Below are positions 1-11,202 of a stretch of DNA of 38,539 bases, piece by piece. This DNA comes from Planctomycetaceae bacterium. GTDB lineage: Bacteria > Planctomycetota > Planctomycetia > Planctomycetales > Planctomycetaceae. The DNA lies in NCBI GenBank assembly GCA_027000105.1, contig JALTOP010000427.1, forward strand, positions 1 to 38,539, read 5' to 3'. The notes beneath the pieces were generated by a model, which saw only the letters and a list, made by a program, of their open reading frames with translations, did not search any database and had not been told where the DNA came from. The translations under genes were made by a program, and so were the position numbers. Every line of letters starts with the position of its first letter. Position 1 is the stretch's first letter.

Positions 1-14
1 TTATTCAATTTCTG

Positions 15-1241
15 TCAAATGTTATGAAAAGCCAACGATTCCGGCAGACGCGGGTCTCGTTTGGCAATCAAATGGTGATCTCCGGCCATCTTCAGCACCC
101 CAAAGCTGAATAGTCCGACAATGCCCAGCAGACAGCCGATATCAATTAAACCGATCGCTGGCCCCTGCGGCGATACTTCAGGCATGATCAGCCAGAACAG
201 ATCGATCCAGCACATCACCAGCAGAAAAACGGCCCAAAAGAGAAGTTGCTTCGCATTTCGCTTGACAGTTCGTGACATCAGCCCCAAAAACGGAATCACG
301 AAATGACCGAGAATGAGAATCATCGCGACAACCCCCCAACCATTCTCCTGCCTTCTCGCATACCAGACTGTTTCTTCCGGAATATTCGCATACCAATAAA
401 GCAGATATTGGGAAAAAGCGATATAAGCCCAGAAGCAATTGAACCCGAAAAGCAGTTTACCAACATCGTGCCGATGCTCCGTGTTAATCGTCTTGCTGAG
501 AACGCCCTGACTATTGATGTAGTAAATCAGAATCGCCAATACCGCAAAGAACGAAACGACCGAGTTGGAGAAGAAGTAAACACCAATAATTGTGCTAAAC
601 CACTCCGGATCAAGCGACATGATCCAGTCTACCGCGGCAAACGTTAACGAAAGGGCCAAAGCGATAATCGAAAGAGCACTCCAACGTTCCATTCGTAAAC
701 TCAGGTCAGGATCCCCTGATTCATCCTGCTGGGTCGATATATTCAAGTAGAATCGTGAACAGAGAATCCAGAAAGCGAAATAGGCAAAGGCGCGGATGGC
801 AAACCAGGTTGCGTTCAAATAAATCGCCTTATGCTTGATCAACGGATTTGATTCGACAACTTCCGGACTATTCCAGTGGAACAGGGAGTTGTTGCCAACC
901 AGAACCAGAAAAAGAATGGGCAGAAACAGTACCGCCAGCGGGACAAATCCGGTTGTCATCAATTCGACAATTCGACGAACGACGACGCTCCACCCCGATC
1001 GTGTCAAATGCTGAATCAACACAAAGAACAAAGCCCCTATTGTTACGCTGAGAACAAAAGTAAAATTGTGCAGGTAACTGAAAAAGAACTGTCTCCAGTT
1101 GCCGGTCGACATCGCGATGAGGCCCGCCAGCAGCATCCCGACGATACCGACAATCATCGCGGTGTTCGTCAATGAACCTGCGACATCATTCAAGGTGCCC
1201 GGATCTTCCAGTTCAGTTGTGTGTGAGTTGTGATCTGACAT
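15..1241 (-). CDS. actF: Alternative complex III membrane subunit ActF (NrfD/ActC-paralogous)
   Basis: 408-aa polytopic membrane protein with motifs typical of ActF: '[15 protein letters not shown]', '[10 protein letters not shown]', '[14 protein letters not shown]', '[10 protein letters not shown]', '[19 protein letters not shown]' and C-terminal 'DPRLPESL'. Last gene of the act operon visible in the window. Confidence 0.9.
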   Translation of the reverse strand: MSDHNSHTTELEDPGTLNDVAGSLTNTAMIVGIVGMLLAGLIAMSTGNWRQFFFSYLHNFTFVLSVTIGALFFVLIQHLTRSGWSVVVRRIVELMTTGFVPLAVLFLPILFLVLVGNNSLFHWNSPEVVESNPLIKHKAIYLNATWFAIRAFAYFAFWILCSRFYLNISTQQDESGDPDLSLRMERWSALSIIALALSLTFAAVDWIMSLDPEWFSTIIGVYFFSNSVVSFFAVLAILIYYINSQGVLSKTINTEHRHDVGKLLFGFNCFWAYIAFSQYLLYWYANIPEETVWYARRQENGWGVVAMILILGHFVIPFLGLMSRTVKRNAKQLLFWAVFLLVMCWIDLFWLIMPEVSPQGPAIGLIDIGCLLGIVGLFSFGVLKMAGDHHLIAKRDPRLPESLAFHNI

Positions 1242-1379
1242 GATAATTACTGTTTAATATTTCGTATTGGTAAACGACAGCTCGCTGTTTGCCGCATCTC
1301 CCGGGGCCGTTACACAGACCGGCAAAGTACGGCTCCTGTTCTGAATTCGGTTCACCCGGTGATCCCGATATCTGTTTGT

Positions 1380-2732
1380 CTATTCCTTTGCTTCAGCATT
1401 CAGTTTTTCCCGAATTTCCGCGGGAACATCCTCGATCGACCCCGATCCTGATTCCTGCAAGGCCCGCAGATAAAGGACGATTGCCCAACGATCCTTCACT
1501 GGTATCTGGGAACCGTAGCCGGGCATCTTCCGTACGCCATGAGTGATCGTATTGAACAACTGACCGACTTTCTGTTTCCGTACAGGTTCTGAATACAACG
1601 GAGTGGGAAGCAGCCAGGTTCCGACACCCGGGTTGGCCGCCTGTAATTTCATGGCCCGCTGCGTGATGATTCCATCACCCTTGCCACTCAAACCGTGACA
1701 GACGGAACAGTAGATATTGAATCGTTCCTGGCCGCGAGCCATCAATTTTTCATCCACAGGAACGGGAATCTGCGAAACCCACGGCATTTTGTCCAGACTG
1801 ACAGAAGTCCCATCCTCTTTCTTCGCATTGGGCAACAGATGCTCCCGATTTACCTTATCTGCCTGTTCGGGAATCAGTCCCTCATAAAAGGCAGTGTCGT
1901 GACGCAAATCTCCCCGAGCCAGCGTACCCGGGATTCTGGGCCGCATTCCCCGCCCATCGGCAAACATGTTTGAAAACCGTTGAGTCTTCAGTTTCGGCTG
2001 GAAATCCATATCGTGCACAATTTCGATCCGGGGAGTTGTCTGGGGAGTGACCCTCATCCGGGCGATAACCACCAACGGCACCAATCCGAAAATCAAAATA
2101 CAGGCAGCGATCGGCAGGAAGATTTTGGGAATCTTCACATTTTCGTTCGGCTCCATGCAAGCCACAACTTCGATCGGTTTCAGGGAGTTGAGAAATTCCC
2201 TGGTATCATTTTCATGAAACTTGGGATCTTTTGCCTCAATCGCAAGAAAGAAACCATTTGTTGTCGCTTTCAGAAACGGATCGATCATAAACAGGCGATT
2301 GTAAAACTTGGGCAGCTTATTCAGTGCCAGCATGCCAAGCAGAGAACCAAATGCGGAAAAGAGGACAGCCAACTCGAAAGTGATCGGCACGTCGGCCGGA
2401 ATACTGAAAAAAGGTTTTCCACTGATGATGTACTTATAGTCGAAAGCGTTGGTGAAATACTGCAGCGCGACTGCTGTGATCGCACCGGTGAAAGCACACG
2501 CCAGCACGATGTAAGGCAGGCGTGTCATCTTGATTCCCATCACATCGTCGATTCCATGAACGGGAAACGGAGCGTAGCAATCGAATTCCTTGAAACCCGC
2601 TTCACGAGTCTGGCCAGCCGCCTGTTTCAGTGCGGACGGGTTCGGAAACTCTGCGACATAACCGGCAAGAGCCGCCTGTTTCCCGGTGCAATCATCGGCC
2701 TGCGAATCGGTTTGTTCAACTGCCGTGGACAT
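1380..2732 (-). CDS. actDE: Fused ActD (DUF3341) - ActE (monoheme cytochrome c) subunit of alternative complex III
   Basis: The N-terminal ~195 aa are ActD-like ('YVAEF', '[14 protein letters not shown]', '[23 protein letters not shown]'). A hydrophobic helix follows, then an ActE-like region ('HDMDFQPK', '[16 protein letters not shown]', heme motif CSVCH, distal Met in 'RKMPGYG', '[13 protein letters not shown]'). One continuous ORF. Confidence 0.88.
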   Translation of the reverse strand: MSTAVEQTDSQADDCTGKQAALAGYVAEFPNPSALKQAAGQTREAGFKEFDCYAPFPVHGIDDVMGIKMTRLPYIVLACAFTGAITAVALQYFTNAFDYKYIISGKPFFSIPADVPITFELAVLFSAFGSLLGMLALNKLPKFYNRLFMIDPFLKATTNGFFLAIEAKDPKFHENDTREFLNSLKPIEVVACMEPNENVKIPKIFLPIAACILIFGLVPLVVIARMRVTPQTTPRIEIVHDMDFQPKLKTQRFSNMFADGRGMRPRIPGTLARGDLRHDTAFYEGLIPEQADKVNREHLLPNAKKEDGTSVSLDKMPWVSQIPVPVDEKLMARGQERFNIYCSVCHGLSGKGDGIITQRAMKLQAANPGVGTWLLPTPLYSEPVRKQKVGQLFNTITHGVRKMPGYGSQIPVKDRWAIVLYLRALQESGSGSIEDVPAEIREKLNAEAKE

Positions 2733-2754
2733 CTTGACCTCGTTACAACTGATC

Positions 2755-2786
2755 TTGATTCATCGTCTGAGACAGAAATGAATCAA
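2755..2786. other. Inverted repeat / hairpin between actC and actDE
   Basis: TTGATTCAT (2755-2763) pairs with ATGAATCAA (2778-2786). Confidence 0.4.
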
Positions 2787-2854
2787 AGAGTTTTACAATA
2801 ATGGATACCTGAAATGACTCCGCTTTCGTCACTCACTCTGCTCACTGCTCACGA

Positions 2855-4255
2855 CTACTCATGCTCTGAGACGGGTTCCGGCATGACGCTTTTCACTTCC
2901 GCCATGGCGACAACAGGCAAAAAGCGGCAGAACAGCAGGAAGAGAGTAAAGAACAGACCAAAACTGCCGATCAACATCAGCCAGTCAATGACTGTCGGCT
3001 TGAAATATCCCCAACTGGATGGAAGGGAATCCCTGCTTAATGACGTTACCGTAATCACAAAGCGTTCAAACCACATACCGATGTTGATAAAGATGCAGAT
3101 AATCGCCATAAACCAGGGCGTTGTGCGACACCACTTGATCCAGAAAAACTGCGGACTGATCACGTTGCAACTGACCATCGTCCAGTAAGCCCACCAGTAA
3201 GGCCCAAAGGCGCGATTGATGAACGTAAACTGCTCGTACGGGTTCCCCCCATACCAGGCGATAAAAAACTCCATGGCGTAGGCATATCCAACCATCATCC
3301 CGGTCGCCAGCATGATCTTGCACATGCTTTCCAGGTGTCGAACCGTAATGATATCCTGAAGGCCACACAAAACCCGAGCGGGAATCAGCAACGTTGCCAC
3401 CATCGCAAACCCACTGAAAACCGCCCCGGCGACAAAGTAGGGGGGGAAGATGGTTGTATGCCAACCGGGAAGCTGTGCGACGGCAAAGTCAAAAGAAACG
3501 ATTGTATGCACACTAAGAACAAGTGGTGCCGACATGGCTGCCAACAGCAGATAAGCCCGCTCATACCGATGCCAACAACGGGCCGAACCGGTCCACCCCA
3601 ACGAAACAATCCCGTAGATAAACTGACGGACAGGCGTCACCGCCCGATCCCGAAATGTCGCCAGGTCGGGAATCATTCCCATGTACCAGAACAGAATTGA
3701 CACCGTCGCATATGTGCCGACCGCGAAAACATCCCAAAGGAGCGGGCTTCTAAATTGCGGCCAGAGCAACATCGAATTCGGTAACGGAAACAGCCAGAAG
3801 AAGACCCAGATACGACCAATATGGATACCGGGAAACATCCCTGCACAAATCACGGCAAAAATGGTCATCGCCTCGGCTGCCCGGTTAATACCGGTTCGCC
3901 AGTTTTGACGAAACAGGTACAGAATCGCCGAGATCAGAGTCCCCGCGTGACCAATACCAACCCAGAAAACGAAGTTAACGATCGGCCAACCCCAGAAGAC
4001 CGGTGACATATTTCCCCAAACACCAACCCCCTGCGTAAACAGGATGCCGATGCAGATCCCCAGGTTCGCCAATAATATCAGACAGAAAGTCAAGGCCACC
4101 CAGTAGGACTTGGGAATAGTGCGTGCAGGAACTTCTGCCAACCGGCAGACCTGATCCGTCACTGTCTGATAGTCGTTATTACCTGTCACCAACGGGGCAC
4201 GCTTCCCCGGCGTTTCGGCTGTAATATCGAAAGGCGTCGTCGTAATAGAAGCCAT
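2855..4255 (-). CDS. actC: Alternative complex III subunit ActC (NrfD/PsrC family quinol-oxidising membrane protein)
   Basis: Motifs '[18 protein letters not shown]', '[11 protein letters not shown]', 'HIGRIW', '[12 protein letters not shown]', '[11 protein letters not shown]', '[23 protein letters not shown]', 'GMWFERFVI'. ATG at 4255 preferred over the upstream TTG at 4264. Confidence 0.93.
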   Translation of the reverse strand: MASITTTPFDITAETPGKRAPLVTGNNDYQTVTDQVCRLAEVPARTIPKSYWVALTFCLILLANLGICIGILFTQGVGVWGNMSPVFWGWPIVNFVFWVGIGHAGTLISAILYLFRQNWRTGINRAAEAMTIFAVICAGMFPGIHIGRIWVFFWLFPLPNSMLLWPQFRSPLLWDVFAVGTYATVSILFWYMGMIPDLATFRDRAVTPVRQFIYGIVSLGWTGSARCWHRYERAYLLLAAMSAPLVLSVHTIVSFDFAVAQLPGWHTTIFPPYFVAGAVFSGFAMVATLLIPARVLCGLQDIITVRHLESMCKIMLATGMMVGYAYAMEFFIAWYGGNPYEQFTFINRAFGPYWWAYWTMVSCNVISPQFFWIKWCRTTPWFMAIICIFINIGMWFERFVITVTSLSRDSLPSSWGYFKPTVIDWLMLIGSFGLFFTLFLLFCRFLPVVAMAEVKSVMPEPVSEHE

Positions 4256-4360
4256 ATTTCTCAACTTCGTCCTGATTACAAACTTGATTACAAATCAGTC
4301 TCTTGAAACCACAATACACCTGCACCGAACCAGGCCGGTGCCCACGTCCAACCCAAAAAA

Positions 4361-7300
4361 CTACGTTGCAGAAGATTGCTCCCCTGCATGCTCCTTCTGT
4401 TTTTCATGATGATGATGATCACCATCAGGATGGCCGCTCTCATCGTGACCATGAATCTCATGCGGCTGCAGGTAGTAGTTCTTTTCCAACCACGGATGGG
4501 GATTGCGGATGCGAGCCAGATACTGCGTACGAGGCTTGATATTCAATTCTTCCAGCATCGCATAACAGCGGGGATTGGCGTGATCCTTCGAAACCTGGCT
4601 CTCTTTTTCCCGCAGGTTCCCGAAGCTGATCGCATCAGCCGGACACGATTCCTGACAGGCCGTTTTTACCTCGCCATCCACCAGCTTGCGTTGGGCGTTC
4701 TTGGCTGCAATCTTGCCGTTTTGAATACGTTGAACGCAATAGGTACACTTCTCCATCACCCCGCGGGAACGAACTGTCACCTCCGGGTTGAGAACCAACT
4801 GCACAAGCTCTTTCTCCGGCTGCATTAACGGAATGGCATTACTGAAGAAATTGAATCGGCGAACTTTGTACGGACAGTTGTTGCCACAGTATCGGGTTCC
4901 GATACAGCGGTTATAAACCATTTCATTCAACCCCTCGGAACTGTGCATGGTCGCAGCCACAGGACAAACCTGTTCACAAGGCGCATTCTCACAATGCTGA
5001 CAGTTGACCGGCTGAGTGGAAACCCCCATGTTGATCGGATCCAACGTCGCAGGATCAATCTGCACATCATCCGGCTCAGGTGTGCTCTGATCGTGGGCGG
5101 TCACAAAATAGCGATCAACCCGAATCCAGTGCATTTCCCGATTCCGATTCACCTGATCCTTCCCGACGACTGGAATATTATTTTCGGACTGACACGCCGT
5201 CACGCAGGCATTACAGCCGACACAACGCGTCAAATCAATTCCCATCCCCCATTGATACTCATCGGACCATTCGAATTCTTCCCAGAGAGACTCCAGAGGA
5301 GGGTGATGCACCAGATGTTTCGCAAAATCCTGGCTTGCCTGATACTCGGCGACAGTCCCCTCACGAACCAGCATACCAACCCGCTTGCCGATCTCCTGCA
5401 TCCCCGCTACATCAATCGCCCAATGATTTTGCGTTGTTGCCAGAACGTGCTTTTTGCCCAGCTTCTTCAAATTCGCCCCGGAATCGAACCCGGCTGTTTT
5501 TGTCGTCACCAACTGAAACGCATTCGTGCCGACAGGCTCGACACGATCAAGCAAACTCCCCCCAACATGACCAGCGGCAGTCCGCCCATAGCCCAGGCAA
5601 ACACCAAGCGTTTTATCCGCTTGCCCCGGTATCTGCACGACGGGAACGGTCAACGAACTTCCGTCAGGCCCGGTCACTTCAACCAGATCACCATCTTCCA
5701 GCTTGAACTCAAGAGCTGTTCTCGGGCTGATCGTCGCCACGTTATCCCAAGTCACCTTTGTCAATGCACTGGGCAATTCCTGCAACCACGAACTGTTCGC
5801 ATACCGACCATCATAGACACAATCATCCGGATGGTAGACAACATCCAGACCGCTGGCGTCTGTTTCCGCAGAGCCTGCCTTCTTGACCCAATCGGCGAGT
5901 TTTTCATTCAGCCCGCCAACCAGCTTCAAATCAGCAACTTCCTGAGACGCCGTCCCGGCGAAGAAGCCATCATGAATCGCCCGCTCCCACATTTTGGAAG
6001 TCAGATTCTTCACCCTCAAACCGGCTGTCTCCCGCACGATCTCCTGCCCAGACCGTTTTTTCCGCTGAAGCAGCAAGGCGATTAACTCAATGTCGGAGAC
6101 CCCCCTATGAAGAGGCGAGAGCAACGACTGTCGAACACCAACCGTTCCTTCCCAACTACACCCATCACCCCACGCTTCCAGGTCGTGAGTTTCAGGAACA
6201 TACCAATGCGAAACAAGAGAGGTTTCGTCATCGTATTGACCCAGCCGAATCGTGACAGGCACCTTCGCCATCAAAGCAGAAAAATCAATATCCGAAGGAG
6301 TGTTATAGACGGGATTCCCCCCCAGAATAACCAGCGTTTTCACCTCACCGGCTGCCATCTCCTCAGCGAGAGAGCGAATCGCCTCGGCATGCGTCGGCCG
6401 CTCCGTATCGGGAGACTGAACCGCCGTCACTGTTTTTCCGATATTCCCCAGCAGACCATTGATCTGCAGGCAAATCGCATGAACTTCCGGCGACTGCAAC
6501 GGCCCGGCGACCAACAGACTCCGCCCCTTGTGATTGACCAGATCGTCAACCATCGCATCGAGTACTTGCCGGGCAGAATCTCCCTCCGCTCCCCCTTGCA
6601 CAGGAGGCGAACCAGCCAGAGCACTCTCCACTCCTGCTTTTAACTCAATCAAAAAGGAAGCAATTTGAGAAGACCTCAAAGGCAATCGATGATCCGCATT
6701 CTGCCCAAGTCGCGTATAGCAGCTTTCAACCGCATAGGTTCTGTTCATCTTCCCATCTTCAGGAACACGACAGCCCGCCCACTCCTTCACGTGCCTCAAG
6801 GCTTCTGGATGATAATCGAACAGATCTGAATCGACGCCAACCACGACATCCGCCCGATCCAGATGATACCGCAAACGCAGTCGAGCCCCTGTTGCCAGCT
6901 CCGCCCCCTGCCATTCGTGATCCCGCGAGACAGGCTCGTATTCAACCCATTTTGAACCGGGCAGACTTTTAAGAAACTCCTCCTTCATACGCTTCAGCGA
7001 AGGCGACGAACTGGCCCCGCTCAGCACTCGAACCCCCTTACCGCCATCAGCGACCGCTGACTTGTTCCAATCAGCAACGAACTTTTCGAACTGCTCCCAA
7101 CTTTTCGCCGAGGTCTTCCCTTTTTCACGCTGCCTCAAAACCGCCTGCTGATTGGGGTCGTAGATTTGCCGATGCGTCCCATCCTCCGGCTCTCGCGCAA
7201 TACGATCCGGATCATACAACCCGAGCACACTCGCTTGAGCAAATGAGTCTGTACCAACAAACCCCTGAGGATGCTCCGGATTGACATCCACCTTGATCGG

Positions 7301-7609
7301 ACGACCATCATACGAGGTCACCAGAACACCAAGGGCAACACCGGATCGTTCAAGCAGCGTCGCATACTTGACAGGCACACCTGGAATTCGATTTTCCGGC
7401 CGCCTCACATAAGTGGCAACCTTCTCCTGCTCCCAGTGACAACCGGCCACCCCCGCCAAGGTCAGCGAGGCCCCCATCAACTGCAACCAGCGCCGACGAG
7501 AGACACCATCGGAAACCAGAGAGGCTGCCTCAGGAAATTCTCGACGCAAATACTCCTGAAAAGCAGGCTTGTCGTGCAATTCTTCCAGACTTCGCCAGTA
7601 GTTAGCCAT
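4361..7609 (-). CDS. actB: Alternative complex III subunit ActB (molybdopterin-oxidoreductase-like domain plus Fe-S domain)
   Basis: N-terminal 'YWRSLEEL' and Tat/lipoprotein-like '[21 protein letters not shown]'. Also '[13 protein letters not shown]' and '[14 protein letters not shown]'. Fe-S motifs [37 protein letters not shown] and KCTYC...ACQESCP. Confidence 0.93.
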   Translation of the reverse strand: MANYWRSLEELHDKPAFQEYLRREFPEAASLVSDGVSRRRWLQLMGASLTLAGVAGCHWEQEKVATYVRRPENRIPGVPVKYATLLERSGVALGVLVTSYDGRPIKVDVNPEHPQGFVGTDSFAQASVLGLYDPDRIAREPEDGTHRQIYDPNQQAVLRQREKGKTSAKSWEQFEKFVADWNKSAVADGGKGVRVLSGASSSPSLKRMKEEFLKSLPGSKWVEYEPVSRDHEWQGAELATGARLRLRYHLDRADVVVGVDSDLFDYHPEALRHVKEWAGCRVPEDGKMNRTYAVESCYTRLGQNADHRLPLRSSQIASFLIELKAGVESALAGSPPVQGGAEGDSARQVLDAMVDDLVNHKGRSLLVAGPLQSPEVHAICLQINGLLGNIGKTVTAVQSPDTERPTHAEAIRSLAEEMAAGEVKTLVILGGNPVYNTPSDIDFSALMAKVPVTIRLGQYDDETSLVSHWYVPETHDLEAWGDGCSWEGTVGVRQSLLSPLHRGVSDIELIALLLQRKKRSGQEIVRETAGLRVKNLTSKMWERAIHDGFFAGTASQEVADLKLVGGLNEKLADWVKKAGSAETDASGLDVVYHPDDCVYDGRYANSSWLQELPSALTKVTWDNVATISPRTALEFKLEDGDLVEVTGPDGSSLTVPVVQIPGQADKTLGVCLGYGRTAAGHVGGSLLDRVEPVGTNAFQLVTTKTAGFDSGANLKKLGKKHVLATTQNHWAIDVAGMQEIGKRVGMLVREGTVAEYQASQDFAKHLVHHPPLESLWEEFEWSDEYQWGMGIDLTRCVGCNACVTACQSENNIPVVGKDQVNRNREMHWIRVDRYFVTAHDQSTPEPDDVQIDPATLDPINMGVSTQPVNCQHCENAPCEQVCPVAATMHSSEGLNEMVYNRCIGTRYCGNNCPYKVRRFNFFSNAIPLMQPEKELVQLVLNPEVTVRSRGVMEKCTYCVQRIQNGKIAAKNAQRKLVDGEVKTACQESCPADAISFGNLREKESQVSKDHANPRCYAMLEELNIKPRTQYLARIRNPHPWLEKNYYLQPHEIHGHDESGHPDGDHHHHEKQKEHAGEQSSAT

Positions 7610-7815
7610 GAATCCCTAAATCTCAAAATAAAGACGCCACCAACAGACACAAAACCCAAACCTGACCAGCCAGACACAACCGATCCACCCAGCCATTGAC
7701 AGCAAGCCAGGCCGACCACCAATCAGGCCACCGACATCAAATTGAATTTTGCAAGAAACACACGTAACACAAAAAACAACCGCTACACACCAACAAAAAA
7801 CGCTGCAAACCGCCC

Positions 7816-8499
7816 TCAGCGATGACACGTCCAGCAATGCTCACTCGGGTGAATCCCCCGCCCCAGCATAATCGCCTTCCCGATCGCCTCGGCATCTCCT
7901 TCCGGCTCCCAGCCCAGATTCGTCACTTGATCAACAGGCCGCAAATTCGCCTCCGGATGACGATGACACTTCAAACAGAACCCCATCGCCAGAGTCGCCT
8001 TCTGCTCAACCACTTCCATCTGATCAACACGCCCGTGGCAGGAAACGCAACTCACTCCACGAGACACGTGGGCACTATGATCAAAGTAGACATAATCGGG
8101 CAGGTCATGCACTTTCTGCCAGGGAATCGACTCATCCAAAGCAGCTGCCTCGCGCACAGGGGCCAACTTGACACTGTCAATACGAATCCCGACAGTCACC
8201 GCCTCCCCCTTTTCATTCTTTCCACGATGGCAATTCAAACAGGTCGAAACCGGCGGAATGGCGGCATGGGCAGCAACCTCGACAGTGTTGTGACAGTATC
8301 TGCAATCCATCTTCAACTCACCCGCATGCAGTGCATGACTGAACGGCACAGGCTGCTCCGGACGATAACCGACATCAGAGGTCTCCGGCTGTATCGCATA
8401 CACGAACAACCCACCGTAATACACCAGAACAACCCCCACAAAACCCGCCAGAACGGGAAGCAAAGGATTTATCCAAGCTGGAAACTGATATCGCTTCAT
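7816..8499 (-). CDS. actA: Alternative complex III pentaheme cytochrome c subunit ActA
   Basis: N-terminal TM helix, '[14 protein letters not shown]', five CxxCH motifs (CRYCH, CLNCH, CVSCH, CLKCH, CWTCH) and '[13 protein letters not shown]'. Start taken at ATG 8499 (MKRYQF) rather than the ORF-track start at 8544. Confidence 0.92.
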   Translation of the reverse strand: MKRYQFPAWINPLLPVLAGFVGVVLVYYGGLFVYAIQPETSDVGYRPEQPVPFSHALHAGELKMDCRYCHNTVEVAAHAAIPPVSTCLNCHRGKNEKGEAVTVGIRIDSVKLAPVREAAALDESIPWQKVHDLPDYVYFDHSAHVSRGVSCVSCHGRVDQMEVVEQKATLAMGFCLKCHRHPEANLRPVDQVTNLGWEPEGDAEAIGKAIMLGRGIHPSEHCWTCHR

Positions 8500-9179
8500 A
8501 GATAAACTCGTTAATAATATCTGCAACGACAACGCGCAACACAAACAGAGAAAGTTCCACTACGCCCGAGAAGAAAGAGGAGTTTACCCGCACGACGAAA
8601 ATTGGCAATGCGTCAATTCGCCGCAGTACAAAAATGAAATCCTCGCGAACCGGGCCGCATACACTCCTGAGCCCCTGCTCCAGCACTTCCTGAAGAAATC
8701 CGGACGTGAACGCCCCCGCTCCCCCGGGCTTTCTGTGCTTGTCGGAAGGCAAAAACCGTTCGGAAATGGATGCAAAACGGTAGTGCACGGGTTGTATTGC
8801 AGTTTTGCCAAAAAGGCAAGCCATCGACTCAACGTAACTTCAAATTACTGTTAATTTGGTCGAAATTCCTTAACGGAAGGCTTCTCCACAAAACGCCGAA
8901 TCTTTCCTGGATTGCCTCCATAATGCAAGTTCACAAATTCAGCCAACGCAAAAATCATACTCAAAATAGAGGACATACACATCCGCAATAAGATTGCCGC
9001 ATCCGTACCCTCTTGTGCAACTTCAGTTTGAATCATTTCAGGGGACATCGTAAGGGAAGCAGAACAGAATACGGCTACGAATACAACTGCCTTGAAACCG
9101 CGAGATCCTGAATCACATGCAAATCCATCAGCCGAGGCTTATTCATCTCCGATTTCAGTCTCTCTAGGTTTTACCTTGC

Positions 9180-9668
9180 TTACCGGCAGGCAACAGGCAC
9201 GTGTGAAACATCCATCGTTGGTAAATCGACGATAGCAACGCTGTACTGGTGAGCGCGGTGCATCGCTCCCGGATTAAGAACATTCGTATGTCCCTCGACA
9301 TGATGTTCTGCGACATGAGTATGACCATAACAGACCAAATCGTAATCTCCTGAATGAATCGCCGCATCAAAACGATGCTGCTGATGACTGTGCAGCAATG
9401 CGATACGCTTCCCTGCAAACGATAAATCACCAAACAGGCCTTCCCAATGCTGCTGGTTCGCCTTCACAATCTGTCCCAGTTGATCCGCATAATCACAATT
9501 ACCGGCGACGAAATGTGTCGGCCACCGTCCGAATTGGGAAACCACCTCGTCACCGCCCACGTCGCCGCAATGCAGAACGCGTTCAATCTGATGATCCAAA
9601 AACACCTCGACTGCGGCTCGCGTGTGGGCCACGTCGCCATGTGTATCGCTGATGACTCCAATTCGCAT
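9180..9668 (-). CDS. YfcE/MJ0936-family metallophosphoesterase
   Basis: Calcineurin-like motifs 'ISDTHG', 'HCGD', 'GNCD', 'LHSH', 'GHTH' and 'LNPGA'. Confidence 0.88.
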   Translation of the reverse strand: MRIGVISDTHGDVAHTRAAVEVFLDHQIERVLHCGDVGGDEVVSQFGRWPTHFVAGNCDYADQLGQIVKANQQHWEGLFGDLSFAGKRIALLHSHQQHRFDAAIHSGDYDLVCYGHTHVAEHHVEGHTNVLNPGAMHRAHQYSVAIVDLPTMDVSHVPVACR

Positions 9669-9726
9669 CCGATTTGTTTCCTGACGCCTGATGCTTTCCA
9701 GGCTTTATTTATTGGAGAGAGGGGAA

Positions 9727-9752
9727 AGGGCTGATTTATTGAAATCGGCCCT
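9727..9752. other. Inverted repeat in the phosphoesterase/map divergent region
   Basis: AGGGCTGATTT-ATTG-AAATCGGCCCT; 11-bp arms with one mismatch. Confidence 0.4.
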
Positions 9753-9994
9753 CCATCGGACACCTCTTATACTTCATCCGCTGCCAGGATGGAAACCTCT
9801 GTTTGTTTCAAGGTCTCTATTAAATTGAATGGCTCGTGCGTAAATGGCTTGTGGACAACTGGCTGCCTGCGTCTCTGTCGCCCCAGATTTTGTATTCTTC
9901 GAAAATCTTCTCCCCTGTAAGGTTGCAACAGATTTCAGGCTGCTCGACAATGAACGGAATCATGCCCTTTCAAAATGAGAATGGAGCCCATTAG

Positions 9995-10822
9995 GTGAAT
10001 CTGTCCCGAATTCGTGATGCCCTGCTTCCCCGTCCCCGTAGAGATTACCCTCTTTACGAGAATGAGGAACTGCAGATGCTCCGCCAGGCAACGGCATTCA
10101 ATGCCCAGTTGATGGACATGTTGCGCGAACACGTGCGGCCCGGCGTAACAACAAACGAATTGGATGAATTGGCTGCCACCTACACGCGCGATCATGGTCA
10201 TATTCCCGCCTGTCTCGGCTATAAAGGCTTCCCGAAATCGATTTGTACCAGCATCAATGACGTCGTTTGTCACGGCATTCCAGATGATACAGTCCTGCGG
10301 GAAGGCGATATCATCAATGTCGACATCACATCAATTGTCGAAGGCTGGTACGGTGATCAATCTGAGACATTTCTCGTGGGCGAAGTTTCGGATGAGGCTA
10401 AAGCGTTGACGCAGGTAACATTTGATGCCCTGTATGCGGGAATTCGGGCTGCCCGTCCCTACTGCACAATCTACGATATCGCCAAGGCGATCACCCGTCA
10501 CGCCGAAGCTCGCGGCTACAGCGTGGTCAGAAATTATCAGGGACACGGAATCGGCCGGGCGTTCCATCAAAAGCCGGGCGTGTTGCATTACCCGCATGAA
10601 TCGACAAGAAGAAGCGTGATTGTTCCCGGCTGTTGCTTCACGATCGAACCGATGATCAACATCGGTCGTCCCGACACCTACACTGAACCGGACGGCTGGA
10701 CTGTCCGCACAAAAGATCACACTCTTTCCGCCCAGTTCGAACATCAAATTTTCATGACGTCGGACGGCCCGGAAATCTTGACGCTCACACAAAACGGCCC
10801 CCAGGAAGGCCACTGCTTCTAA
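9995..10822 (+). CDS. map: Methionine aminopeptidase type I
   Basis: Motifs '[19 protein letters not shown]', 'DIT...GWYGD', 'GHGIGRAFH', 'FTIEPMIN', 'SAQFEH'. GTG start with GGAG about 8 nt upstream. Confidence 0.95.
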   Translation: MNLSRIRDALLPRPRRDYPLYENEELQMLRQATAFNAQLMDMLREHVRPGVTTNELDELAATYTRDHGHIPACLGYKGFPKSICTSINDVVCHGIPDDTVLREGDIINVDITSIVEGWYGDQSETFLVGEVSDEAKALTQVTFDALYAGIRAARPYCTIYDIAKAITRHAEARGYSVVRNYQGHGIGRAFHQKPGVLHYPHESTRRSVIVPGCCFTIEPMINIGRPDTYTEPDGWTVRTKDHTLSAQFEHQIFMTSDGPEILTLTQNGPQEGHCF

Positions 10823-10900
10823 CGCCGGCTCGCATCACATGATGCGCGAATAGAACACCGCACAAAGCTGGCAGAATGAATGAGAAATCGTCAGTTCGCC

Positions 10901-10930
10901 CCGTTTAATTCGATCCGTTTAATTCGATCC
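10901..10930. repeat. 14-nt tandem duplication
   Basis: CCGTTTAATTCGAT x2, perfect. Confidence 0.85.
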
Positions 10931-11063
10931 ATCGGTTAGTCCCGTTGGTACTCCCGTCAATCAAACCTGCAGAAATCACCTCGTCAGACTCGGCTGACTT
11001 TCCGTGCCGGGGGCGTGCCGGGTTTGCTACAACTCCGGGCTACAGCCCCGGAAAGAGTAAAAT

Positions 11064-11079
11064 TGTGATTTACTTCACT
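11064..11079. promoter_or_regulatory. Candidate CRP/FNR-family operator (TGTGA-N6-TCACT)
   Basis: TGTGA TTTACT TCACT with an AAAT 5' flank matches 9 of 10 positions of the CRP core TGTGA-N6-TCACA; about 124 nt upstream of the oxidoreductase ATG. Confidence 0.35.
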
Positions 11080-11158
11080 GTCACCACCCGCAAAGTGGTT
11101 ATCATCTCTGCAAGGAGTCCGTAAGACCTTTTTTGAAAAATATGCTGATCAACCGGAC

Positions 11159-11172
11159 GTTGCCGCGGCAAC
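11159..11172. promoter_or_regulatory. Perfect 14-bp palindrome GTTGCCGCGGCAAC, candidate operator
   Basis: Self-complementary sequence 30 nt upstream of the ATG at 11203. Confidence 0.3.
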
Positions 11173-11202
11173 TTTCTCAATTAAAGTGAAATTTCAACCG
11201 TT

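Noticed and set aside
4943-6085. 380-aa + strand ORF, and similar antisense ORFs at 1980-2801, 7822-8505, 11602-12306, 13557-14378 and 15583-16404
   Set aside because: Each lies opposite a well-supported gene and has no recognisable motifs; they are shadow ORFs.
4361-7609. ActB as an active molybdoenzyme (polysulfide or nitrate reductase type)
   Set aside because: The actA/C/D/E/F context and the 'YWRSLEEL' N-terminus identify ACIII ActB, whose molybdopterin-like domain is known to lack the cofactor.
7616-7837. Cys/Val/Gly-rich 73-aa ORF between actA and actB
   Set aside because: Its composition is explained by the G/T-skewed spacer, it overlaps the actA end, and it resembles no Act subunit.
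8851-9048. Small ORFs in the act upstream region (8851-9048, 8584-8832, 8770-8991, 8375-8824)
   Set aside because: They overlap one another on both strands, show no motifs and have no clear ribosome-binding sites.
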